Positions 10,405 through 19,245 of a stretch of 64,000 nucleotides of DNA are shown piece by piece. The DNA is taken from contig CAVTHS010000008.1 in the NCBI GenBank assembly GCA_963734535.1, positions 352,001 through 416,000 of the forward strand, read 5' to 3'. Position 1 is the first letter of the stretch; every line of letters begins with the position of its first letter. The position numbers were made by a program, and so were the translations under genes. The DNA is from an uncultured Chloroflexia bacterium. Its GTDB lineage: Bacteria > Chloroflexota > Limnocylindria > Limnocylindrales > CSP1-4. Below the pieces are notes generated by a model. That model worked only from the letters and a program-made list of their open reading frames with translations, was not told where the DNA came from and ran no database searches.

Positions 10405-10821
10405 ATGGCGCACATCGAGACGATCCTCCTCGCCACCGACGCCTCACGCGCGTCGGAAGCCGCCGAGGAGCAGGCCATCGACCTGGCCGCCCGGCTGGGC
10501 AGCCGACTCGTCGTCGTCTCCGCGGTCTCCGGCTCGCCGGAAGTCCGATCGGGCCGCCTGGTCGCGGTGGAGGGCGTCGTCCAGCGGGCGCGCGCCGGCG
10601 GTGCGAGCGCCGAGGGCCTGACCTGGGACGGTGACGCCGGCGAGTCGATCGTCGAGGCGGCTGCGGCGGAGCATGCCGACCTGATCGTCGTGGGGACGCA
10701 CGAGCGCGGCACTGTCGGGCGCCTCTTCCTGGGCAGCGTCTCGGATCACGTGGTCCGCCATGCCAGGTGCCCGGTCATGGTGGTTCGGCCGACGCACGTG
10801 CTGTCCAGCTCGTCAAGCTGA
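10405..10821 (+). CDS. universal stress protein (UspA family)
   Basis: ILLATDAS..., ADLIVVGTH..G...LFLGSVSDHVVRHARCPVMVV. Confidence 0.93.
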   Translation: MAHIETILLATDASRASEAAEEQAIDLAARLGSRLVVVSAVSGSPEVRSGRLVAVEGVVQRARAGGASAEGLTWDGDAGESIVEAAAAEHADLIVVGTHERGTVGRLFLGSVSDHVVRHARCPVMVVRPTHVLSSSSS

Positions 10822-10862
10822 ACGCGGGGCCGGCAGGGGCAGAGCCTTCGGGTGCGCGCGGG

Positions 10863-11004
10863 CGGGGGCCGGCCCGGGTCGCGTGCGTGCGTGCGTGCGG
10901 CGGCCGGCCCGGGTCGGAGCCGGCGGCGGGGGCCGGCCCGGGTCGGAGCCGGCGGGCGGGGGCCGGCCCGGGTCGCGGCGGCGGGCGGGGGCCGGCCCGG
11001 GTCG
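10863..11004. repeat. GC-rich short repeat array (ggccggcccgggtcg x5)
   Basis: Five copies with short variable linkers. Confidence 0.75.
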
Positions 11005-11078
11005 CGTGCGGGCGCGCCGGGCGGCCGTTGCGTCTGCAACGCTCGAACCGCGGCCCCTTGGTCTCGCCGGCGCGGGTT

Positions 11079-11208
11079 TGGCCTGCACGTCCCAGCACCC
11101 TGGGTGCTGATATCGCAGCCGCGGTGTCTGGCCTGCACGTCCCAGCACCCCGGGTGCTGATATCGCAGCCGCGGTGTCTGGCCTGCACGTCCCAGCACCC
11201 CGGGTGCT
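11079..11208. repeat. 50-bp tandem repeat x2.6 with internal palindrome CAGCACCC-N-GGGTGCTG
   Basis: Units start at 11079, 11129 and 11179 and are near-identical. Confidence 0.9.
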
Positions 11209-11454
11209 CGTATGCGCGCGTCGCGATGCCTCGGGGCCGGCCGGACTCGGGTCGATCCGCGAATCGTGCTCGCGATCGTCCGGATCGGCGGCCCGAGTTG
11301 CGCGAACCGGGTGCAGCCCGGACTTACCAGCACGCTCGTGGCTACCGCGTGCAACCCGACGAGGGACGACCATGACGACGACGCCGCCGTCCGGCGACCC
11401 CGGCCCGCGAGCCCACCCCGGGCTGGGCACGCTGGGATTGGCGCCGCGTCCCGT

Positions 11455-11688
11455 GTGCGATCCCGACCCTTGACCCGCCCGGCGGCAGCGGCCCGCGAGC
11501 ACCCGGCGGAACCAGCGATCCCGACCCCGTCGCCGGCGGAACCAGCGGTCCGGGAGCCGCGTCGCGTCCGGTGTGCGATCCCGACCCCGTCGCCCGGCGG
11601 ATCCAGCGGTCCGGGAGCCACCGGACCGAACGACGCCCGTCGCCCGGCGGAACCAGCGGTCCGGGAGCTATCGGCCCGAACGACGCCA
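11455..11688. repeat. imperfect repeat family (gatcccgaccccgtcgcc(c)ggcggaaccagcggtccgggagc)
   Basis: Three to four partial copies at roughly 60-bp spacing. Confidence 0.7.
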
Positions 11689-11702
11689 CGCGGTGCAGCA
11701 CC

Positions 11703-12524
11703 CTACCTGGTGTACATCCCCTCCGGATCGAGCTCCTCGCGGATGAGCCGGAGCTCCTCCGGTGTCGGCGCGGGCGTCGGAGCGAGCGACGGGGAGACGT
11801 GCGGCTCCCAGCCGAGCGTCGCGCGAACCTCGTCGAGCGTCGCCCCGGGGTGGAGGAAGTCCAGGCGCATCTCGCCGGTCTCGTCGAAGTGCCAGATCCC
11901 GAGGTCCGTGACCACGACGGATGGGCCGCTGCCCAGCCAGCCCTGCTCGCGCCGGATCCGTTCCGACTTCTCGGCGCCGCCCAGGTTCCCGGGCGAGGTC
12001 CGGAAGTCGATCCGTTCCACGAAAGAGCGGGCCGACTGGCGCATGATCACGAAGATCTGGCGCGCGTTGATCGCGATCTCGCAGGCACCGCCCGACCCGG
12101 GGAGCCGCGTCTTCGGGTGCGCGTACTCCCCGATGACGGTCGTGTTGATGTTCCCGAAGCGGTCGATCTGGGCCGCGCCCAGGAAGCCGACGTCGATGAG
12201 GCCGCCCTGCAGGTAGTAGGCGAAGAGCTCCCACATGCTCGTGACCGCCGTCGCGCCGGTGACGATCGTCGGGTCGCCGATCGACAGCGGGAGTCGCGCC
12301 GGGCGCGCGCCGAACACGCCTGCCTCGTAGACGAGCTCCATGTCGGGCGCGATCGTGCGCTTGGCAAGGTTCACGGCGATGTTCGGGAGGCCGACGCCGA
12401 CGAAACAGACCCGCTGCCCGGCGAGCTCGCGGGCAGCTGCCACGATCATCATCTCGGACTTCGAGAATTGAGCCGGGCCGGTGGCCGCGGGCGCGTGACC
12501 GTCTCCGGGGCGCTCGGCAGCCAT
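11703..12524 (-). CDS. CoA-transferase subunit beta (GctB/PcaJ-like)
   Basis: EMMIVAAARELAG, FVGVGLP, LVYEAG, GFLGAAQIDRFGNINTT, RLPGSGGA. Confidence 0.9.
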   Translation of the reverse strand: MAAERPGDGHAPAATGPAQFSKSEMMIVAAARELAGQRVCFVGVGLPNIAVNLAKRTIAPDMELVYEAGVFGARPARLPLSIGDPTIVTGATAVTSMWELFAYYLQGGLIDVGFLGAAQIDRFGNINTTVIGEYAHPKTRLPGSGGACEIAINARQIFVIMRQSARSFVERIDFRTSPGNLGGAEKSERIRREQGWLGSGPSVVVTDLGIWHFDETGEMRLDFLHPGATLDEVRATLGWEPHVSPSLAPTPAPTPEELRLIREELDPEGMYTR

Positions 12525-13444
12525 CAGCGGTACTCCCCGTAGTCGACCACGCCGGACGGGGCGGAGCCGCTCGGCAGGAGTGAGCGCAGTCGCTCCGGGC
12601 CGAGCTTCTCGGCGTATGCCGCGCGGCCATCGAGGTCGTAGACCCAGTCCCGCAGCCACTGCTCGGTGGCAGCGGGATCCCGGCTGATGGGGTCCCAATC
12701 GCGGTAGAAGCGGTTGTCGCGGTCGTAGCGGCCCTGGACGTACGAGGGATGTGCGCCCCAGGGCTCGACCACCACCGCGTCCACGACGATCCCGGGCACG
12801 ATCGTCCGGTTCGGGTCGGCCCGGATGACATCCTCGTCGACGAGCTCCTCCACGACCACGATCACTCGGTCGGCCGCGAAGGCCGCCTCCTTCTGGCAGC
12901 CGAGGAGGCCCCAGACCTGCGTGTTGCCGGCCGCGTCGGAGCGCTGCGCGTGGATCACGGTGACGTCCGGCTTGAGGGGCGGCACCGCGTAGACCATCCC
13001 GTCGCCGTACGGGCTCTCGATCGGCCGGATGAGCGGGTTCGCGACGGGCAGGTCCGTCTCGAAGTACGAGCGGAGCGGCATGAAGGGGAGGTTCGCCGCC
13101 CCGGCCGCGTATCGCGCAACCATCCCGAAGTGGCTGTACTCCTCGAGCTCGAGCGACGTGTCGGCGCCTTCCGTGACACGCCGGATCGCGTTCAGGCCGC
13201 CGACCCCGGGATTGCCGAGCCAGCTGAAGATGAGCTTGCGCGCGACGCCTGCCGCGACCATCTGGTCGTAGATGACGTCGGGCGTCATCCGCGCCAGCAC
13301 CAGGTCGCGCCGGCCCTGCCGGATGATCTCGTGCCCGGCCGCGAAGCTGATGAGGTGGGTGAAGCCCTCGATCGCGACGGTGTCGCCGTCGCGCACGAGG
13401 TCGGCGACGGCGTCGCGCATCGTGGCGACCTTCGAGCCGGACAT
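12524..13444 (-). CDS. CoA-transferase subunit alpha (GctA/PcaI-like)
   Basis: VRDGDTVAIEGFTHLISFAAGHEIIRQ, RMTPDVIYDQM, IHAQRSD, WGAHPSY...YDRD. Confidence 0.9.
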   Translation of the reverse strand: MSGSKVATMRDAVADLVRDGDTVAIEGFTHLISFAAGHEIIRQGRRDLVLARMTPDVIYDQMVAAGVARKLIFSWLGNPGVGGLNAIRRVTEGADTSLELEEYSHFGMVARYAAGAANLPFMPLRSYFETDLPVANPLIRPIESPYGDGMVYAVPPLKPDVTVIHAQRSDAAGNTQVWGLLGCQKEAAFAADRVIVVVEELVDEDVIRADPNRTIVPGIVVDAVVVEPWGAHPSYVQGRYDRDNRFYRDWDPISRDPAATEQWLRDWVYDLDGRAAYAEKLGPERLRSLLPSGSAPSGVVDYGEYR

Positions 13445-13452
13445 GACTGGCC

Positions 13453-14778
13453 TCAGCGGCCGGCGACCGCGGCGACGGCCTCCGCGAAGACGCGACAGCC
13501 GGTGGCGATCTCCCGCTCCGTCACCACGAGCGGCGGGGACATCCGGATGACGTCGTCCCCGGCGGTGAGGACCATCAGGCCGCGTTGGAAGGCCGCGTGC
13601 TCGACGGCGGCGGCCGTGGCACCCGAATCGAACTGGACGCCGATGAGGAGGCCCTTGCCCCGGACCTCCCGGACGTGGCCCGGGTAGGCGGCCACCAGCG
13701 GCCCGAGCGCCGCCTGCATCTGCTCGCCGCGGGTCGCCGCGTTGTCGATCAGGCCCCCCTCGAGCAGGCCGATCGTGGCGAGCGCTGCCGCGCAGCTGAC
13801 CGGGTTCCCGCCGAACGTCGAGCCGTGCGCGCCGGCCGCCCACGTCATCAGGTGCTCCTTGGCGATCATGGCGCCGATCGGCATCCCGGAGGCGAGGCCC
13901 TTGGCAGTCAGGACCACGTCCGGCTCCACGTCCCAGTGCTGGGTGGCCCACATCCGGCCGGTCCGGCCCATGCCGCTCTGCACCTCGTCCGCGACGAGAA
14001 GAATGCCATGCTGGTCGCAGATCCTGCGCAGTCGCGGGAGGAACTCGGCGTCGGGGACCTGGATTCCGCCCTCGCCCTGGATCGGCTCGACGACGATCGC
14101 CGCGACCTCGTTCGCCGGTACCAGGCGGTGGAAGACGCGCTGCTCCAGCTCGTCGAGGCCGGCTGACCCGAACGGCACGTGATAGATGCCCGGCAGCATC
14201 GGGCCGAAATGCGCGTGGTACTTCGCCTTGGAGGCGGTGAGGCTGACGCTCCCGAACGTGCGTCCGTGGAAGCCGCCCAGGAACCCCACGACGTACTGGC
14301 GCCCGGTGGCGTAGCGGGCCAGCTTGAGGGCTGCCTCCACGACCTCGGTTCCGGAGTTCCCCAGGAAGACGCGGGTGGGGCCGTGCATCGGGGCGATCCG
14401 CTCCAGCTCGGCGGCGAGGTGGGCGTAGACCGGCAGGTAGAAGTCCGAGGCGCTGTAATGGAGGAGCTGCGTTGCCTGCTCCTGGATCGCCGCCACGACC
14501 CGGGGGTGGCAATGCCCGGTCACGTTGACCGCGATTCCCGCGCAGAAGTCCAGGAACCGGTTCCCGTCGATGTCCTCGATCGTCGACCCGAGGCCGCGGA
14601 CGGGCACGATCGGGTAGGCGCGCGGCAGCGACGGCGAGGTGTAGCGCTCGTCGAACGCGATGTGCTCGCGCGCCTTCGGACCGGGAAGCTCGGTCACGAG
14701 GTGCGGCGCGTCGAAGCCGGAGGCCGCGTCGGTTGGGACGCCGGTCTTCGCGACATCGCGGACTGCCGCGTGGCTCAT
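13453..14778 (-). CDS. class III PLP aminotransferase (GabT/ArgD-like)
   Basis: DIDGNRFLDF, NSGTEVVEAALK, FHGRT, EPIQGEGG, DEVQSGMGRTG, AKGLASG, STFGGNP. Confidence 0.93.
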   Translation of the reverse strand: MSHAAVRDVAKTGVPTDAASGFDAPHLVTELPGPKAREHIAFDERYTSPSLPRAYPIVPVRGLGSTIEDIDGNRFLDFCAGIAVNVTGHCHPRVVAAIQEQATQLLHYSASDFYLPVYAHLAAELERIAPMHGPTRVFLGNSGTEVVEAALKLARYATGRQYVVGFLGGFHGRTFGSVSLTASKAKYHAHFGPMLPGIYHVPFGSAGLDELEQRVFHRLVPANEVAAIVVEPIQGEGGIQVPDAEFLPRLRRICDQHGILLVADEVQSGMGRTGRMWATQHWDVEPDVVLTAKGLASGMPIGAMIAKEHLMTWAAGAHGSTFGGNPVSCAAALATIGLLEGGLIDNAATRGEQMQAALGPLVAAYPGHVREVRGKGLLIGVQFDSGATAAAVEHAAFQRGLMVLTAGDDVIRMSPPLVVTEREIATGCRVFAEAVAAVAGR

Positions 14779-15005
14779 GGAGCACCTCCCTGGAAACGAG
14801 CGAGCTGCGACGCGTGGGCACGCGGCGAGGCCGGAACGCATAGAAACTATGCAGACTGGATATGGCGAGTATAGCCGGGCACGGTCCGCGAATCGCGGCC
14901 GCACGGCGCACCGGGGGCCATCCCCGCCGCCGGCAGCCAGGGGCGCCCTGCTCCGGTCACGACGACGTGACCGGAGTCAGCGACACGGACTCCGGCGGCG
15001 CGGCG

Positions 15006-16571
15006 TCAGTCGACGACGGTGTGGCTCTGCTCGCGCATGAACTGGACCGGGTAGTACATCGACAGGCCGGCCTTGCCGGTGCTCCCCGAGCCCTTCCAGC
15101 CACCGAACGCCTGGACGCCCGGCCATGCGCCGGTCGTCGCGCCGGCCTGCCGGTTCACGTACAGCACCCCGGCCTCGATCCCCTCGAGGAACTGCGCGAC
15201 CTCCGCGGGGTCCTGGCTGTAGACGCCCGCAGTCAGCCCGAACGCGCTCTCGTTCGCCAGGCCGATCGCCTCGCCAAGGGAGTCCACGGCGGCGACCGCC
15301 GTCAGGGGCACGAACAGCTCGTCCCGGAAGAGCCGGTGGCTCGGCGGCACCTCGACGACGGTCGGCTCGACGTAGAAGCCGTGGCGGAGCGCCCCGTCGT
15401 TGAGGTGCTCGCCGCCGATGTGAACGAGCCCGTCGCGGCGGGCCTCCGTCGCGGCCCGTCCGTAGCGCTCGACCGCGTGCGCATCGATCACCGGGCCGAG
15501 CCAGTTCTCGCGCAGGAGCGGATCCCCGATCGTGAGCTTCTCGGTCTTCTGCACGAGCAGCCGGACCAGCTCGTCCCGGGCGGATCGCTCCACGTAGACG
15601 CGGCTGTTGGCGGAGCACTTCTGGCCACCGAAGCCGAACGCCGAGCGGACGATCCCCTCCGCGGCCTCGTCCAGGTCGGCCCGGGCCGTCACGATCGCCG
15701 GGTTCTTGCCTCCCATCTCGACGATGCAGGGCCTGGGAAACCGCGTCGAGAATCGGCGGAAGAGCTCGAAGCCCACGTCGAAGGAGCCGGTGAAGACGAT
15801 CCCGTCGATCCCAGGATTCGCCTGCAGCTCTTCCCCGACGGTCGCCCCCGGCCCCATCACCAGGTTGAAGACGCCGGCCGGGATGCCGGCGTCGGTGAGG
15901 GCCTCTGCCAGCAGGACGCCCGTCATGGCGCCGGCCGAGGCGGGCTTGAAGATCACCGTGTTGCCGCCCGCGAGGGCCCCGGCTGACGGGCCGGCCGCGA
16001 GGGCCATCGGGAAGTTGAACGGGGAGATGACCGCGAAGACGCCGTACGGGCGAAGGATCGACCGCGTGTGGACGGCCTCGTCGCCGAGGTTGTCCATCGG
16101 GTGGTCGTACCCGTCGTTGTCCTCGAAGATGTCCGCGTAATAGCGCAGCAGGTCGGCTGCCTCCTCGACCTCGCCCAGCGCCTCGAGGCGGTTCTTGCCC
16201 ACCTCGATCGCCATCACCGCGGCGTATTCCATCTGCCGCTCGGAGATCAGCTCGGCGGCCCGCCGCAGGATGGCCAGCCGGTCGCGCCATGGCATCGCTC
16301 GCCAGGCCGGCTGGGCGGCCCGCGCCGCGGCGATCGCGTCGCGGACGTCGTCCGCGGTCCCTTTCGCGAAGGTGCCGACGAGCACGCGCTCGTCGATGGG
16401 CGAGCGGAGCTCGAACGCGCCATCGCCGTCCCGGCCGACGCCGTTCACGAGGTTCTGGTGATACGCGCCGAGGCGCGTTCGCGCCCGGGCGAGGCCCGCC
16501 TCGTACAGCTGGTGGAGCTCCTCGTTGTCGTTGCGGAGCGTTGCGTACGTGATCTTGATCCGCTCGGCCAT
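15006..16571 (-). CDS. aldehyde dehydrogenase (P5C dehydrogenase-like)
   Basis: ISPFNFP, FTGS, EMGGKN, GQKCSA, ELFVP and FGGWKGSG motifs. Confidence 0.92.
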   Translation of the reverse strand: MAERIKITYATLRNDNEELHQLYEAGLARARTRLGAYHQNLVNGVGRDGDGAFELRSPIDERVLVGTFAKGTADDVRDAIAAARAAQPAWRAMPWRDRLAILRRAAELISERQMEYAAVMAIEVGKNRLEALGEVEEAADLLRYYADIFEDNDGYDHPMDNLGDEAVHTRSILRPYGVFAVISPFNFPMALAAGPSAGALAGGNTVIFKPASAGAMTGVLLAEALTDAGIPAGVFNLVMGPGATVGEELQANPGIDGIVFTGSFDVGFELFRRFSTRFPRPCIVEMGGKNPAIVTARADLDEAAEGIVRSAFGFGGQKCSANSRVYVERSARDELVRLLVQKTEKLTIGDPLLRENWLGPVIDAHAVERYGRAATEARRDGLVHIGGEHLNDGALRHGFYVEPTVVEVPPSHRLFRDELFVPLTAVAAVDSLGEAIGLANESAFGLTAGVYSQDPAEVAQFLEGIEAGVLYVNRQAGATTGAWPGVQAFGGWKGSGSTGKAGLSMYYPVQFMREQSHTVVD

Positions 16572-16687
16572 TGGCGATCCCCTCGTGCGCGTCGTCGGCG
16601 AATCGGGCGCGGGCGGACCGGTCGCGGAGGACCCGCGAGCGTGGTCGGGACGGCGCCCGGACGCCGGATGGTGCGGTCCGGTGGCCT

Positions 16688-17602
16688 TCAGTCTAGCGCG
16701 GCGACGACCTCGGCCAGCGAGGGCGCCACCGAGTCCGGGACGGCCCGCGATCGCCGGACGGCGGCCGTCCCGGTCCGCGCAACGTCGAGCAGCGTTGCTG
16801 CCTCGGCGGCGCTCGTCTTGCCGGTCAGCAGCAGCACGCTGCGCATGCCCAGCCGGCGGGCGCCGGCGATGTCCTGGGCAGGATCGTCCCCGACCATCGC
16901 GACGTCGCGCACCGGCACGCGCCGCCCGAGATCCGCGGCCAGGCCGGCGAGCGCGGTCCGGAACATGATCGGGCCGGGCTTGCCGCACAGCACCGCGTGC
17001 GCGCCGGTGGCGAACTCGAGCGCGACGACGAAGGCGCCACTGTCGAGCGTCGGGCCCCGTGGCGTGAACCACCACGGGTTCCGGTGCATCGCGAGGAGCG
17101 CGGCGCCGCCGCGGACGAGCCGGAAGGCGCGGTCGAGATTCGCGAAGCTCAGGTCCTCGGCGCCATCCCCGATCACCACCGCGGCGGCCCGTGCGCCCGG
17201 CGCGTCGGCCTCCTCGTAGGGCATCAGGTGCTGCCCGTCGAACTCGCGCCGACCGTCCGGCTTCGTGATCACGAAGAGCGGCTGGCCGGGAAAGGTTGCC
17301 GCGGTGTGCGCGGCCGTTGCGCTGGCCGCGGTCACGATCCGCTCCCACGGGACCCGCAGGCCGTCCCCCTGGAACCGCGCCGCGAGCGTCGCCCGGTGGG
17401 CCCCCGAGAAGTTGGTGGCGATCCGGAAGGGAATGCCCTTCGCCTCGAGCGCGCCGAGGGCCTCGACCGCCCCGGGAAGGGCCCTGCCCTTCAGGACGAT
17501 CACGCCGTCCGCGTCGAGCACGAGCGCACGGACGCCCGCCAGGGCCTCGCGGAGACTCGGGTGGGTGGCGGGCTTGCCGGCGGCCGGCATGGTCGCGTCC
17601 AT
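16688..17602 (-). CDS. HAD-IIA family hydrolase (NagD-like)
   Basis: LDADGVI, ATN, GKPGP, MVGDD...DIAGA, LTGK. Confidence 0.88.
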   Translation of the reverse strand: MDATMPAAGKPATHPSLREALAGVRALVLDADGVIVLKGRALPGAVEALGALEAKGIPFRIATNFSGAHRATLAARFQGDGLRVPWERIVTAASATAAHTAATFPGQPLFVITKPDGRREFDGQHLMPYEEADAPGARAAAVVIGDGAEDLSFANLDRAFRLVRGGAALLAMHRNPWWFTPRGPTLDSGAFVVALEFATGAHAVLCGKPGPIMFRTALAGLAADLGRRVPVRDVAMVGDDPAQDIAGARRLGMRSVLLLTGKTSAAEAATLLDVARTGTAAVRRSRAVPDSVAPSLAEVVAALD

Positions 17603-17802
17603 CGGCGCGACAGTACCAAGGCCCGCGGTGTCCGTCATCGGCGGATCGTCGGCCGCCGTGCGCGGCCCGCTCGCGGTCGAGGCGCCCGTCCGCCGTCCGC
17701 GACCGTGACGCCTGCCCGCGGCCGAGGCGCGAGGCCGCGCCCCGGGTAGGATGTCGCGACACGCGCCAGACCGGCGTGCAGCGCTGCAGGAGATGGCGAC
17801 CG

Positions 17803-18591
<789 letters not shown>

Positions 18592-18632
18592 CGGCGGCGT
18601 CCACCCGCCCCTCCGCCAGCGCGCCGGCGCGC

Positions 18633-19100
18633 TCAGCGGCAGGATCGACAGCGCCCCACGATCGTCACGTGGGAGAGGTCGACAGCGAACCCTCGAGCGG
18701 CTTCGAGGGACGCCACGATCGTGGCGCCCTCATCCTTCGTGATCTCCCAGGCAGCGCCGCATGCCCGGCAGTGCAGGTGCCCGTGCTCGGCATCCGGGAG
18801 GACGTGGTACTCCTCGCGACCGTCCGGGCCGTGGCCATGGCGCACGATGCCCAGGTCCTCGAGGACGTCCAGCGTCCGGTAGACGGTGGACGGGATCGTC
18901 GACGGGTCCTGCTCGCGGCAGCGCTCGATCAGGTCCGCACCGGTCACGTGGCCGCGGGTCTGCGAGAGCACCGCGACCAGCGCCCTCCGCTGGGGAGTCC
19001 AGCGCAGGCCGCGCGCGCGGAGTCGATCCCGAACCGATTCCCAGGCGGCGACGTCGTCCGCCCGGGATTCGCTGCGGGGGTGCGATCCGGCGGGCTGCAT
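18633..19100 (-). CDS. Fur-family metalloregulator (possibly Nur-like)
   Basis: GLRWTPQR, STVYRTL and HGHLHCRACG...GRCRSC. Divergent from the Ni/Co transporter. TATACT -10 lies 7 nt before ATG. Confidence 0.9.
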   Translation of the reverse strand: MQPAGSHPRSESRADDVAAWESVRDRLRARGLRWTPQRRALVAVLSQTRGHVTGADLIERCREQDPSTIPSTVYRTLDVLEDLGIVRHGHGPDGREEYHVLPDAEHGHLHCRACGAAWEITKDEGATIVASLEAARGFAVDLSHVTIVGRCRSCR

Positions 19101-19136
19101 CGCGCGAAGTATAGGTGGGATGGGCGCCCGCGACCG

Positions 19137-19158
19137 TTGTTGCAACTGATTGCAGCAA
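19137..19158. promoter_or_regulatory. palindromic operator candidate for the Fur-family regulator
   Basis: TTGTTGCAA-CTGA-TTGCAGCAA is an AT-rich inverted repeat (1 mismatch) between the divergent fur and cbiM genes. Confidence 0.6.
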
Positions 19159-19245
19159 GCGGCCTTCTCGCCTAGACTTCGGCAGGTCCGCCGCGCGCGT
19201 GGCCGATTTGCCTGCCAGCTTGTCCGAGGTCGACCGGAGCGCTCC

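Noticed and set aside
11079-11208. Possible CRISPR array (palindromic repeat at regular spacing)
   Set aside because: The intervening sequences are identical (no unique spacers), there are only about 3 units, and no cas genes are present.
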